NCBI GenBank assembly: GCA_963699425.1
Contig: CAVOTS010000003.1
Coordinates: 900,940 to 964,939, forward strand
Source of the DNA: an uncultured Solirubrobacteraceae bacterium
Lineage (GTDB): Bacteria; Actinomycetota; Thermoleophilia; Solirubrobacterales; Solirubrobacteraceae
Length of the DNA stretch: 64,000 nt
Reading direction: 5' to 3'
The notes under the pieces are model-generated. The model had not been told where the DNA came from. It saw only the letters and a program-made list of their open reading frames with translations, and did not search any database. Every line of letters begins with the position of its first letter. Position 1 is the stretch's first letter. Shown one piece after another: positions 41,028 to 51,299 of the stretch. A program made the translations under genes and the position numbers.

Positions 41028-42770
41028 TCAGGTGATCTGGTAAAGCGGGCCGTCGCCCCCCTCGGGCGGCGTCAGACGCCCACCCTTGGCGGTGATCGCG
41101 CCGCACTGCACGCAGTTGGTGTAGTTGACGATCACGTCCACGGTGCCGCTCTCGGGGGCGTCCTCGGGGATCTCGTAGACCCCCGCGGGGCACATCCAAC
41201 GCCAGGTCTCGGCCAGCTGGCGCGGCACGTGGCGCTGCACACGGATGTGGTTCGGCGCATCGTCGCGCGTCGCATTGCCGGTGATGAACACCGACGAGAG
41301 CTTGTCGAACGTGTACTTGCCGTCCGGCTTGGGGTAGTTCTTGCTGGTGTTGCCGATGAACATCGGCTTGGCGTCGTTGCGGTGCCAGGCCAGGCGCCCG
41401 GCGGGCAGGCGTCCTTTCGTGGCGATCGCCGCGTTGACGAGCGGGCCGCCCTTGATGAAGCCTTTCTGGAACGGCTGGCGGGCGTTGCGCACGGCGTACA
41501 GCTCTTTACCGACGGAGCTGTCCTCGATCGCCGCTTCGTAGGCCTCGAAGTTGGTCTCGCCGCGCACCAGCGAGGCGTAGATCGACTCGGCCGCGAGCTT
41601 GCCGGACATGATGCAGTGGTGCACGCCCTTCAGGGCGACCGTGTCGACCATGCCGGCCGAGTCGCCCACGAGCACGGCGCCGGGCATCGCCAGCTTGGGC
41701 ATCGACCAGTAGCCGCCTCCAGGGAGCGCCTTCGCGCCCCACGCGACGCGCTCGCCGCCCTCGAGAATCCCTTTGACGAGCGGGTGGAGCTTGAACTGCT
41801 GGAGCAGGTCGTGGGCCGACGTGGTCGCGTCGGCGTACTCGAGGTCGATGACGAAGCCGATCGAGACGAGGTTCTCGCCGGTCTTGGCGTCCTTCATCGG
41901 GTAGATCCAGGTGCCGCCGATCTGGCCGTACTTCGCGGACAGCTTCAGCGGCCAGGGGCCGATCGTGTGGATCAGCGTGTCGAGCTCCTTCGGGACCTTC
42001 CAGACCTCCTTGACGCCGAGCTCCCAGACCGCCGGTTCGCGGTTTTCGCCGAGTTCGAACTCCTGGATCGCCGCGCCGGTGAGGTGGCCCCAACAGCCCT
42101 CGGCGAGCACCGTCGCCTGGGCCTTGATGTCGGTGCCGGGCTCGAAGTTGGCGAGCTCCTCGCCGTCCTTGCCCCGGCCCTTGTCGCCGGAGCGAACGCC
42201 GACGACGCGGCCGTCGTCGACGATCAGCTGCGTCGCGGCGGTCTCCGTCAGCACGTAGGCGCCCGCCTCTTCGGCCTGCTCCTGCTGGAAGCGCGCGAGC
42301 GCCGCGACAGAGATCACCTCGTTGCCGTGGTTCTTGAACGGCGGCGGGGTCGGGATGCGGAGCTTGGTCTTGCCGGAGGGCAGCATGTAGACCGCCTCCT
42401 TGGTGACCTCGCCGAAGGCGAAGCCGGCCTCGCGCCACTGCTCGCGGGTCATCTCCGGGAAGAGCTCCTGGAGCGGCGCCGGGCGCATCACGGCGCCCGA
42501 CAGGTTGTGGCCGCCGCAGGTCTTTGCCTTCTCGATCACGGCGACCGGCACTTCACCGAGCCGCTCCATCGTCTCGGGATCGTCGGCGAGCAGTTGCAGC
42601 AGCCGGTTGGCGCAGGCCAGCCCGGCCGTGCCGCCGCCGACGATCGCGACGCCGACCTCGATCAGCTCGTCCTCGGCGTCGAGGCCGTGCTTGATGAATT
42701 CCCGCTTGACGTCGACCGGCGGCGGGTATGCCGCCGGCACCACCGCGTCGTTGGCGTTGGCCGAGCTCAT
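41028..42770 (-). CDS. ETF:quinone oxidoreductase (FixC-like FAD domain plus 4Fe-4S domain)
   Basis: VGGGTAG, HNLSGA, GVKEVW, GDSAG, CPAGVYE..NCVQCG. Confidence 0.92.
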   Translation of the reverse strand: MSSANANDAVVPAAYPPPVDVKREFIKHGLDAEDELIEVGVAIVGGGTAGLACANRLLQLLADDPETMERLGEVPVAVIEKAKTCGGHNLSGAVMRPAPLQELFPEMTREQWREAGFAFGEVTKEAVYMLPSGKTKLRIPTPPPFKNHGNEVISVAALARFQQEQAEEAGAYVLTETAATQLIVDDGRVVGVRSGDKGRGKDGEELANFEPGTDIKAQATVLAEGCWGHLTGAAIQEFELGENREPAVWELGVKEVWKVPKELDTLIHTIGPWPLKLSAKYGQIGGTWIYPMKDAKTGENLVSIGFVIDLEYADATTSAHDLLQQFKLHPLVKGILEGGERVAWGAKALPGGGYWSMPKLAMPGAVLVGDSAGMVDTVALKGVHHCIMSGKLAAESIYASLVRGETNFEAYEAAIEDSSVGKELYAVRNARQPFQKGFIKGGPLVNAAIATKGRLPAGRLAWHRNDAKPMFIGNTSKNYPKPDGKYTFDKLSSVFITGNATRDDAPNHIRVQRHVPRQLAETWRWMCPAGVYEIPEDAPESGTVDVIVNYTNCVQCGAITAKGGRLTPPEGGDGPLYQIT

Positions 42771-43750
42771 CAGGCTCCCTTCTTCGCCTTCACCGCCTCG
42801 GTGAGCTTCGGCAGGATCTTGTTCAGATCGCCGACGACCCCGAGGTCGGAGAACTCGAAGATCGGCGCGTTCGCATCCTTGTTGATCGCGATGATGTTCT
42901 CCGAGGCCTGCATGCCCACCTTGTGCTGGATCGCGCCGGAGATTCCGGCCGCGAGGTACAGCTTCGGCGCGACCGTCTTTCCGGTCTGGCCGATCTGGGC
43001 GGCGTAGGGGTACCAGCCCGCGTCGACGACCGCACGGGTCGCGGCGACGGCGGTGTTCCCGCCGAACGCGGCGGCGAGCTGTTCGCACAGCTCGAAGCCC
43101 TCGGCGTTGCCCAGGCCCCGGCCGCCGGCGACGAGGATGTCCGCACCCTCGATGTCGACGTCCGCGCCGCGCTGCTCGCCGCGCTTGACCATCGTCGCCT
43201 GCGCGGCCTGCGGGCTGGGCTCGTAGGCCAGCTCGCTGACCTCGGCGGCGCCCGCGCCGTCCTTGGTGATCTCGAATGCGTTCAGGCGGCCGATGATGAT
43301 CCCGACCGGCGAGCGGAAGCGGATCTCGGAGATCGCCGAGTCGCCGAGAATCGGCCGTTCAGCGACAAGCTGGCCGTCCTCGGCGCGCACGCCGGTGACC
43401 TCCATCGCCACGCCGGCGCCGGCGCGCGCAGCGAGGCCCGCCCCGATCTCGAAGCCGAGCAGGCCACCGCCGAACAGCGCGTATGAGTAGTCGCCGTCGG
43501 TGATCGCCTTGGCCATCGCGTCGACCGCCGGCTGGGCGAGGCCGTCGGGGCCGCTTGCGACCCAGACCTTCTTCGCGCCGTACTCGCCGAGTGATGCGGC
43601 GAGCTCGTGCGGGACGTTCTCGCCGACGAGGATCGCGTGTGCCTCGCCGCCCAGCTGCGAGGCGAGCCTGGCGCCCTCCGAGACGGCGCCGAGCGAGTTC
43701 TTGTTGATCGCGCCGTCGTAGTGCAGCGCGTAGATGAGGATGTTCGCCAT
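42770..43750 (-). CDS. etfA: Electron transfer flavoprotein alpha
   Basis: AGGRG, QIGQTGKTVAP, GISGAIQH. Confidence 0.95.
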   Translation of the reverse strand: MANILIYALHYDGAINKNSLGAVSEGARLASQLGGEAHAILVGENVPHELAASLGEYGAKKVWVASGPDGLAQPAVDAMAKAITDGDYSYALFGGGLLGFEIGAGLAARAGAGVAMEVTGVRAEDGQLVAERPILGDSAISEIRFRSPVGIIIGRLNAFEITKDGAGAAEVSELAYEPSPQAAQATMVKRGEQRGADVDIEGADILVAGGRGLGNAEGFELCEQLAAAFGGNTAVAATRAVVDAGWYPYAAQIGQTGKTVAPKLYLAAGISGAIQHKVGMQASENIIAINKDANAPIFEFSDLGVVGDLNKILPKLTEAVKAKKGA

Positions 43751-43773
43751 GTCCGTAGTTTCGCTTTCTCTCG

Positions 43774-44565
43774 TCAGATCAGCTTGCGCTCGTCGAGCCA
43801 GACGACGATTCGTTCGACCGTCTCGCCGGTGTCCTCGTCCTCGATGATCTCGCCGGCGGACTTCGCCGGCGGGGCCTTCGCGGCGACCCACTGGGCGGCG
43901 GAGTTGCCGCCGCCGACGCGCGAGGCGTCGATGCCGACGTCGGCCGCGGAGACCGTTTCGAGCGGCTTCTTCTTGGCGCCCATGATCGCCTTGAGCGACG
44001 GGTAGCGCGGCTCGTTGATCGCGTCGCCGACGCTGATCACGGCCGGCAGGGTCACCTCGACCGTGTCGTAGCCGTACTCGGCCTGGCGCTCGCAGCGCAG
44101 CTTGTCGCCCTCGATGTCCATCTTGATCACCTGTGTCAGCGAGGGCATCCCGAGGTGCTCGGCGACAACCGCGCCGATCGTGTAGCACTCGCCGTCGTCC
44201 GACTGCTGGCCGAGCAGGACCAGGTCGGGGTTCTCGCGGCGCAGCGTCTCGGCGAGCGCGTAGCCGGTCGCGGCCACGTCGGAGCCGGCGACTGCCTCGT
44301 CGGAGAGGTGGATCGAACGGTCCGCGCCGAGCGAGACGGCCTTGTGCAGCGCACGCACCGCGCTCTCGGGGCCCATCGTCACCGCGACGATCTCCTCGAC
44401 CGGCACGACGCCGCCCTCGCGGATCTGCATCGCGGCCTCGATCGCGTGCGTGTCGTACGGGTTGAGGTTCTTCTCACCGCTGCGATCCATTCGCCCGGTC
44501 GCGGGATCGATCCGCTTTTCCACCGCGGCGTCCGGGACCTCCTTCACAAGTACGCAAATCTTCAT
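43774..44565 (-). CDS. etfB: Electron transfer flavoprotein beta
   Basis: VKEVPD, NPYD, NEPRYPSLKAIMGAKKKP. Confidence 0.95.
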   Translation of the reverse strand: MKICVLVKEVPDAAVEKRIDPATGRMDRSGEKNLNPYDTHAIEAAMQIREGGVVPVEEIVAVTMGPESAVRALHKAVSLGADRSIHLSDEAVAGSDVAATGYALAETLRRENPDLVLLGQQSDDGECYTIGAVVAEHLGMPSLTQVIKMDIEGDKLRCERQAEYGYDTVEVTLPAVISVGDAINEPRYPSLKAIMGAKKKPLETVSAADVGIDASRVGGGNSAAQWVAAKAPPAKSAGEIIEDEDTGETVERIVVWLDERKLI

Positions 44566-44615
44566 TTCAGGGGAGCTCCTTGGGGTCTGTTCGGCCGGAA
44601 TCCTAACGCGAAAGC

Positions 44616-44635
44616 GATTGACTGACCAGTCAATC
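44616..44635. promoter_or_regulatory. Palindromic operator upstream of etfB
   Basis: GATTGACTG-ac-CAGTCAATC covering the -35 position of a minus-strand TAGGAT -10. Confidence 0.65.
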
Positions 44636-45062
44636 AGGCGCGCGCAGCGCACGCCGAGCGAATGAACTCGACGATCTGCTGCGTCGGTGCACCGGGCGTG
44701 AAGACCTCGGCAACGCCGAGCGACTTCAGCTCAGGAATGTCATCGGCGGGGATCGTCCCGCCCACGGTGATCACGACGTCGTCGATCCCCTGCTCGCGCA
44801 GCAGCTCGACGACGCGCGGCACCAGCGTCATGTGTGCGCCGGAGAGAATCGAGAGGCCGACAGCGTCCGCGTCCTCCTGGATCACGGTCTCCACGATCTG
44901 TTCGGGCGTCTGGTGCAGGCCGGTGTAGATGACCTCCATACCGGCGTCGCGCAGCGCGCGGGCGATGATCTTCGCGCCGCGGTCGTGCCCGTCGAGCCCG
45001 GGCTTGGCGACGACGACGCGAATCCGCCCGCCAGTCGCCTCTGTCTTCTCGGTTGCGCTCAT
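44634..45062 (-). CDS. Cobalamin-binding small subunit of an acyl-CoA mutase
   Basis: [27 protein letters not shown]. Confidence 0.93.
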   Translation of the reverse strand: MSATEKTEATGGRIRVVVAKPGLDGHDRGAKIIARALRDAGMEVIYTGLHQTPEQIVETVIQEDADAVGLSILSGAHMTLVPRVVELLREQGIDDVVITVGGTIPADDIPELKSLGVAEVFTPGAPTQQIVEFIRSACAARA

Positions 45063-45077
45063 CTCGCGACCGCAAGG

Positions 45078-45851
45078 TTATTCGTTTGCGGATCTTCCGC
45101 GCGCGATCGTCGCCGCGAGCGCCGCCCCGGCGGCGCCGCCGGCCAGCGCGAATGCCAGCTTCAGGCGCGAGCGCAGGTGATCGAGCTCGATGATCTCCCA
45201 GCCTTCGCCGATCGCGATCGCGCGCAGCGCCGCGTCGGGATTGACGACCACCGGATGCCCGACGGCGCGCAACATCGGCAGGTCCGACTCGGAATCCGAG
45301 TAGGCCCAGGAATCGGCGAGCGCGAGGCCGAGTTCCGCGGCGACGATCTCCATCGAGGCGACCTTGCCCTCGCGATAGTTGAACGGGCCCGCGGCGCGGC
45401 CGGTGTAGATCCCGTCGACGACCTCCGAGCGCGAGCCGAGGCCGCCGTCGAAGCCGAGCACGTGGCACAGCAGGTCGGCCATCTCCTGCGACGCCGCGGT
45501 GAGGATGAAGATCGGCGTGCCTTCGTCCTGGTGGGCCCAGGCGCGTTCGAGCATCTCGGGATAAAGGCGCGGCAGCACGCCGGCGAGGACCCGCGGCGCA
45601 AGCCGCTGCAGGTCGCGCACCGGCACGCCGGCGATCATCTCGGCGACCCGCAGGCGCACCGCGTCGGCGCGGTCGTCGGTCGATCCGACGAGCCGGTAGC
45701 GCACGTTCTCGAAGACGTCGAGCGCGAGCCGGCGGCGGCTGATCATCCCCGTTTCGAACGCCGCCCGTGCGAAGTACACGCCGGACGAGCCGTCCATCAG
45801 CGTCTTGTCGAGATCGAAGAACGCGGCGCCGCGCGCCGCCGCGTCGGCCAC
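45078..45851 (-). CDS. HAD-IB (SerB-like) hydrolase with C-terminal TM
   Basis: AFFDLDKTL, AYSDSESDLPML..VG. Confidence 0.88.
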   Translation of the reverse strand: MADAAARGAAFFDLDKTLMDGSSGVYFARAAFETGMISRRRLALDVFENVRYRLVGSTDDRADAVRLRVAEMIAGVPVRDLQRLAPRVLAGVLPRLYPEMLERAWAHQDEGTPIFILTAASQEMADLLCHVLGFDGGLGSRSEVVDGIYTGRAAGPFNYREGKVASMEIVAAELGLALADSWAYSDSESDLPMLRAVGHPVVVNPDAALRAIAIGEGWEIIELDHLRSRLKLAFALAGGAAGAALAATIARGRSANE

Positions 45852-45852
45852 G

Positions 45853-47028
45853 CTAGACGCGGACGATCACCGCGTCGCCCTGCCCGCCCCCGGAGCAGAT
45901 CGCGGCGCAGCCGAGGCCGCCGCCACGCCGGCGCAGCTCGTGCACCAGTGCGCCGAGGATCCGTGCGCCGGAGGCGCCGAGCGGGTGGCCGAGCGCGATC
46001 GCGCCGCCGTTGACGTTGACGCGCTCCTCGTCGATACCGAGCGAGCGCACGCTGTTGATCGCGACCGAGGCGAACGCCTCGTTGATCTCCCACAGGTCGA
46101 TGTCGCTCGCCTGCAGACCGGCCTTCTCGAGCGCCTTGCGCGCGGCACTCGCCGGGGTCGTCGCGAGGTAGGCGAAGTCGTTGGCGCTCTGGGCGTGGGC
46201 GACGATTTCGGCGATCGGCTGATGGCCGTTTGCCTGCGCCCACTCGTCGGAGGCGACGACCAGCGCGCCGGCGCCGTCGTTCACCCCCGGGGCGTTGCCG
46301 GCGGTGTGCGAGCCCTCCTTGGAGACGAGCCCGGGCAGCTTGGCGAGCGCCTCGAGCGAGGTCTCGCGGCGCGGGCCCTCGTCGATCTCCACGACGGTGT
46401 CGCCCTTGCGGCCCTTGACGGTCACCGCGACGATCTCGTCGGCCATCCGCCCGGAGTCGATTGCCTCGAGCGCGCGCTCGTGCGAGCGCAGCGCCCAGCG
46501 GTCGAGGTCCGGGCGCGTGATCTCGAGCTCGTCGCCGATCTCGGTCGCCTCGTCGAACATCTGGCGGCCCGAGAAGGGGTTCGTGAGCCCGTCGTGGACC
46601 ATCTCGTCGAGCATCTTCGCGTCGCCCATGCGGTACCCGAAGCGTCCCTGCGGCACGAGGTACGGGGCGCGCGACATCGACTCCATCCCGGCGGCGACGC
46701 CGACCTGCACCTCGCCGGCACGGATCGCCTGGTCGAGCAGCACCGTCGCCCGCACGCCCGACGCGCAGACCTTGTTGATCGTCTCGGAGGAGACCTCCTT
46801 CGGGATCCCGGCCTTGATCTGTGCCTGGCGCGAGGGAATCTGGCCCTGGCCACCCTGGAGCACCTGTCCGACGATCACGTGCTCGACCTGCTCGCCATCC
46901 ACGCCGGCGCGCTCGAGCGCCGCGGCGATCGCGGCGGCGCCGAGCTCGGTCGCATCGACGCTCGACAGACCGCCGCCCATCTTGCCGATCGGCGTGCGGG
47001 CGGTTGACAGGATCACGGTCTTGGGCAT
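45853..47028 (-). CDS. Acetyl-CoA acetyltransferase (thiolase)
   Basis: NKVCASG, EINEAF, GHPLGASG, CSGGGQG. Confidence 0.95.
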   Translation of the reverse strand: MPKTVILSTARTPIGKMGGGLSSVDATELGAAAIAAALERAGVDGEQVEHVIVGQVLQGGQGQIPSRQAQIKAGIPKEVSSETINKVCASGVRATVLLDQAIRAGEVQVGVAAGMESMSRAPYLVPQGRFGYRMGDAKMLDEMVHDGLTNPFSGRQMFDEATEIGDELEITRPDLDRWALRSHERALEAIDSGRMADEIVAVTVKGRKGDTVVEIDEGPRRETSLEALAKLPGLVSKEGSHTAGNAPGVNDGAGALVVASDEWAQANGHQPIAEIVAHAQSANDFAYLATTPASAARKALEKAGLQASDIDLWEINEAFASVAINSVRSLGIDEERVNVNGGAIALGHPLGASGARILGALVHELRRRGGGLGCAAICSGGGQGDAVIVRV

Positions 47029-47105
47029 CTGGTCTCCAGGTTCTCGGAAGGTGGCCTTGGGGCACGAGAATCCTAGACGAGCCCCGGCCTGTGAGAATGG
47101 CCGGC

Positions 47106-48254
47106 GTGCTGCTTGACCTGAGCGACGACCACGAGCTGATTCGCCGCACCGCGCGCGATTTCGCCACCGGCGAGGTCGCCCCGCTCGCCGAGGAGCTCGA
47201 CCGCGAGAAGCGTTTCCCCTACGAGCTGGTCGCCAAACTCGGCGCGCTCGGGATGATGGGCATCCCCTTCCCCGAGCGTTACGGCGGCGCCGGAAGCGAC
47301 ACTCTGGCCTACGCGCTGGTGGTCGAGGAACTGGCCCGCGTGGATTCCTCGGTGGCGATCACGCTGTGTGCGCACACCTCGCTCGGGACGCAGCCGATCT
47401 ACCGTTTCGGCAGCGAGGAGCAGCGCGAGCGATGGCTGCCCGAGATGTGCGCCGGACGCCGGCTCGGGGCCTTCGGCCTGACCGAGCCCGATGCCGGATC
47501 CGACGCCGGCAACACCAAGACCCGCGCCGACCTGCAGGACGGCGAGTGGGTGATCGACGGAGCCAAGCAGTTCATCACCAACGCGGGGACCGAGATCTCG
47601 GGCGTCGTGTCGATCACCGCCGTGACCGGCGAACGCGACGGCGGCGCGAAGGAGATCTCGAACATCCTCGTGCCGAACGGCACCCCCGGCTACGAGCCCG
47701 GCCCGCCGTACCGCAAGATGGGCTGGAACGCCTCGGACACGCGGCCACTGGCGTTCGACGGCTGCCGCGTGCCCGCCGAGAACCTGCTCGGCGAGCGCGG
47801 CGCGGGCCTGCGCCAGTTCCTGGAGATCCTCGACGGCGGACGGATCGGGGTCGCGGCGATGGGCATCGGGCTCGCGCAGGGTGCGCTCGACGAGGCGCTC
47901 GCCTACGCGCGTGAGCGAAACGCCTTCGGCCGGCCGATTGCGAGCTTCCAGGCGATCCAGGCCAAGCTCGCCGACATGTCGACGGAGATCGCGGCCGCGC
48001 GGCTGCTCGTCTACAAGGCCGCGATGGAGAAGGACGCGGGACGCAACTTCTCGCTGACCGCGGCTCAGGCGAAGCTCAAGACGGGTCGGCTCGCGGTCCG
48101 CTGCGCCGAGGAGGCCGTCCAGATCCACGGCGGCTACGGCTACATCGAGGAGTATCCGGTCTGCCGCTTCTACCGCGACGCGAAGATCCTCACGATCGGC
48201 GAGGGCACCGACGAGGTGCAGCAGATGGTGATCGCGCGCGCGCTCGGCGCCTAG
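47106..48254 (+). CDS. Acyl-CoA dehydrogenase
   Basis: FGLTEPDAGSD, GAKQFITN, QIHGGYGY, IGEGTDEVQ. Confidence 0.95.
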   Translation: MLLDLSDDHELIRRTARDFATGEVAPLAEELDREKRFPYELVAKLGALGMMGIPFPERYGGAGSDTLAYALVVEELARVDSSVAITLCAHTSLGTQPIYRFGSEEQRERWLPEMCAGRRLGAFGLTEPDAGSDAGNTKTRADLQDGEWVIDGAKQFITNAGTEISGVVSITAVTGERDGGAKEISNILVPNGTPGYEPGPPYRKMGWNASDTRPLAFDGCRVPAENLLGERGAGLRQFLEILDGGRIGVAAMGIGLAQGALDEALAYARERNAFGRPIASFQAIQAKLADMSTEIAAARLLVYKAAMEKDAGRNFSLTAAQAKLKTGRLAVRCAEEAVQIHGGYGYIEEYPVCRFYRDAKILTIGEGTDEVQQMVIARALGA

Positions 48255-49219
48255 CGGCCGCGCTCGCGCTCGAGTAGCTCGGCGGCGGCGCTCGCGGGAT
48301 CCAGCCGCCGCGCCACGACCTCCTCGATCAGCTCGCGGAAGCGGGCGTCGTGGGCCAGCTCGGCTTCCAGGCGCCGGCGCAGGCGCGCAGTGGCGATCGC
48401 CAGGACCTCGGCGCGCAGGTTGCGCGCGCGGCGCTCGGCGAGCAGCCCGTTCTCGACGATGTACGCGCGGTGCTCGTCCAGTGCCGCCGAGAGCTCCTCG
48501 ACGCCGACGGCGTTGGCGGCCTCGGTGCGCACGATCGGCACCCGCCAGGAGGCCTTGAACTCCTCGGGGCTGCGATCGAGGTTCGCGAGCGAGAGCACGC
48601 CGCGGATCTCGCGGATCATCGTGTCGGTCAACGGATGGTCGGCCTTGTTGACGACGATGATGTCCGGGATCTCCATCACGCCGGCCTTCAGTGCCTGGAT
48701 CGAGTCGCCCGAGCCGGGCATCAGCACGAGCACGATCGTGTCGCCGTGGTCGATGATGTCGACCTCGGCCTGGCCGACGCCGACCGTCTCGACGAAGACG
48801 TCGTCGCGGCCCGAGGCGTCGAGCAGCAGCGCGGCCTGCAGCGCGGCCTCCGAGAGCCCCCCGAGCGCGCCCCGGTTGGCCATCGAGCGGATGAACACGC
48901 CGCGATCCAGGAAGTGCTCGGTCAGCCGGATGCGGTCGCCGAGCAGCGCGCCCTGCGTGAACGGCGACGACGGGTCGATGGAGAGCACGCCGACGCTGCG
49001 GCCCGCGGCGCGGCGTACCGCGGTCAGCGCGCCGATCAGCGTCGACTTGCCGACGCCGGGTGGCCCGGTGAAGCCGACGATCTGCGCCTTGCCGGTGTGC
49101 GGGAAGATCTCGCGCACCAGCTCCCAGCCCTCGGGACGGTCGTCCTCGACGAGCGAGATTCCGCGCGCCAGCGCCCGTCGGTCACCGGCGAGCAGGCGTG
49201 TTGCCAGATCATCCTGCAC
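48251..49219 (-). CDS. meaB: Mutase-associated GTPase MeaB/ArgK
   Basis: GPPGVGKST, DPSSPFTQGALLGDRIR, ETVGVGQAE, VNKAD. Confidence 0.95.
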   Translation of the reverse strand: MQDDLATRLLAGDRRALARGISLVEDDRPEGWELVREIFPHTGKAQIVGFTGPPGVGKSTLIGALTAVRRAAGRSVGVLSIDPSSPFTQGALLGDRIRLTEHFLDRGVFIRSMANRGALGGLSEAALQAALLLDASGRDDVFVETVGVGQAEVDIIDHGDTIVLVLMPGSGDSIQALKAGVMEIPDIIVVNKADHPLTDTMIREIRGVLSLANLDRSPEEFKASWRVPIVRTEAANAVGVEELSAALDEHRAYIVENGLLAERRARNLRAEVLAIATARLRRRLEAELAHDARFRELIEEVVARRLDPASAAAELLERERGR

Positions 49220-49272
49220 GGCCGGGCATCATCGCAGGGCGAGGCGCCGCGCTCGCTTACGATTGCTGCACG

Positions 49273-49941
49273 ATGGACACGCTCGCCCCCGAGGACCAGG
49301 CTGCGCGGCCGCGAACGGCGCCCGCGCCGCTGCACGGCGGGCCGCTCGAGCTGCTGCGCTTCATGCGCAGCCACAACATGCTGAGCGCCAACTATCTGCG
49401 CCTGATCGCCCGCCTTGCGGTGCTCAAGCTGCGCTTCCGGGGACGACTGGAGCTCGAAGGCATCTGCTTCGTCTGCCCCGGCGTCAAGCTCGAGATCGCC
49501 CGCGGCGCGACCCTGCGGCTCGGACGCTGGTCCTGGCTCGGCGCCGGCACGAAGATCCGCGTGCACGAGGGGCGCGTCGAGATCGGCGCCAAGTCGGTCC
49601 TCGGCCAGGAGTGCACGATCTCTGCCTACCAGCACGTCTCGATCGGCCGCGAGTGCATCATCGCCGACCGCGTGATGCTGATCGACTTCGACCACGGAGT
49701 CACGGAAGTCGAGCGGCCGATCCGCCTGCAGGGCATCTACAAGCGCGACGTGCGGGTCGGGAACAACGTCTGGATCGGCTACGGCGCGTGCGTCCTGCGG
49801 GGCGTCAGCGTCGGCGACAACTGTGTCGTCGGGACCAACTCGGTGCTGACGCGCGAGGTACCCGCCGACGCTGTCGTCGGCGGAATTCCGGCGCGCGTGA
49901 TCCGGATGCGCGAGCACCCGCAGCGGATGCGCTGGGCCTAG
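49273..49941 (+). CDS. Hexapeptide acyltransferase (Rv3034c-like)
   Basis: LbH repeats, IDFDH, IRLQGIYKRDVRVG..VWIG, GIPARV. Confidence 0.85.
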   Translation: MDTLAPEDQAARPRTAPAPLHGGPLELLRFMRSHNMLSANYLRLIARLAVLKLRFRGRLELEGICFVCPGVKLEIARGATLRLGRWSWLGAGTKIRVHEGRVEIGAKSVLGQECTISAYQHVSIGRECIIADRVMLIDFDHGVTEVERPIRLQGIYKRDVRVGNNVWIGYGACVLRGVSVGDNCVVGTNSVLTREVPADAVVGGIPARVIRMREHPQRMRWA

Positions 49942-51299
49942 CCGGCGCGCAACGCCAACGAGCGCGGCCCAGGGACCGGCTCGCCGGCGAGGGCCCGGCG
50001 CAGCTGCGCAAGGTGAGCGTCGTGGCGTTCGTGTCCGTAGGGCGTCGCGGTTCCGCGCGCGACGACGAAGCACCAGTCACTGGCCTGCAGCGCGAGCAGC
50101 TCGCGTCGCGCCGCGCCGCGCGGTGACCCGGCGGCGAGATAGTCGAGCTCGGCGCGGCGGATCGCGCGGGCCATCGCGCTCGCCGGTCCGGTCGACCACG
50201 TCGACAGGTCGCCGCCGGCCCCCCAGCTGCTCGGCGCCCAGCCCGAGGTGTCGGTCAGCGGCGCGTCGATCCCCTCGAGCGCATCGTCGAGTGCCGTGAG
50301 CGGCACGCCGCGCCGCTCACACTCGGCGAGCACCGCGGCGAGCCAGGCGGGGCCCTCGAACCACCAGTGGCCGAGCAGCTCGGTGTCCAGCGCGCAGACC
50401 AGCAGGCCGCCGCCGGAGATCCGTTGCTGCACGCGCTCGACGAAGTCCGCGGCATGCTCGGCGACGCGCTCGGCCGCGCGGTCGCGGTCGTACGCTCGCC
50501 CGGCGTTGTCCCACGGCCGGTGGTGGTGGGTCGTCAGCCGGTGGTAGTCGCGGTAGGCGCCGTCGGCGGGATAGCCCGCCGCGCCCCAGACGAGATCGAC
50601 CGTCGCGCGGTCGATCGGCACCAGCAACGGACCGTGGACGCTGCGCAGCGGCTGCAGATGCTCGACCGCGCCGAGCCCGAAGCGGGCCGTCAGCTCGACG
50701 CAGGTCGCCTGAACCCCCGCGCCGGCGAGCAGCGGCTCGATCCAGGGCGCGTGCGCGCACTCGGGGAGCCAGAAGCCGCCACGCCAGCCGCCCGAGCGTT
50801 CGCGCCGGGCGGCGACCCCCGCCTCGATCTGCAGCGCGCTGAGCACGTCGCAGGCGACCAGCGGCAGCACGGCATGCGTCGCGCTCGAGGTCCACGCCGC
50901 GTGCGGCGCAAACGCGCCGGCCAGACCGCCGCGCCGCGCGAGCGCCTCGCGCGCCTGGCGGTATTCATCGCCCGAGCGCGCGATCTCGTCGGCAAGCCCC
51001 TGCTCCCCCGCGGCGAGCAGCCCGGCGCGGTCGCGGCGGTGCGTCTCGGCGCGGATCTCGTCAATGAACTGCGTCAGACGCGCGTCGAGACCGGGCGCTT
51101 CGAGCTGGTCGAGCAGCACCGGCGTGACCGACAACGTGACGGGCGTGCCCGCGTCGAGGATCTCGAGCAGCGGCAGATAGCAGGTGGCGATCGCCTCCCA
51201 GAGCCATTCCTCCCCGAACGGCCAGGTGCCGTACCCCTCGACGTACGGCATATGCGTGTGCAGCACGAGCGCGAACGCGCCCTCGCCGCGTTCGGTCAC
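49938..51299 (-). CDS. GH57 glucan branching enzyme (Rv3031-like)
   Basis: LVLHTHMPYV, GEEWL, FWLPEC, DTELLGHWWFEG, LQASDW. Confidence 0.9.
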   Translation of the reverse strand: MTERGEGAFALVLHTHMPYVEGYGTWPFGEEWLWEAIATCYLPLLEILDAGTPVTLSVTPVLLDQLEAPGLDARLTQFIDEIRAETHRRDRAGLLAAGEQGLADEIARSGDEYRQAREALARRGGLAGAFAPHAAWTSSATHAVLPLVACDVLSALQIEAGVAARRERSGGWRGGFWLPECAHAPWIEPLLAGAGVQATCVELTARFGLGAVEHLQPLRSVHGPLLVPIDRATVDLVWGAAGYPADGAYRDYHRLTTHHHRPWDNAGRAYDRDRAAERVAEHAADFVERVQQRISGGGLLVCALDTELLGHWWFEGPAWLAAVLAECERRGVPLTALDDALEGIDAPLTDTSGWAPSSWGAGGDLSTWSTGPASAMARAIRRAELDYLAAGSPRGAARRELLALQASDWCFVVARGTATPYGHERHDAHLAQLRRALAGEPVPGPRSLALRAG

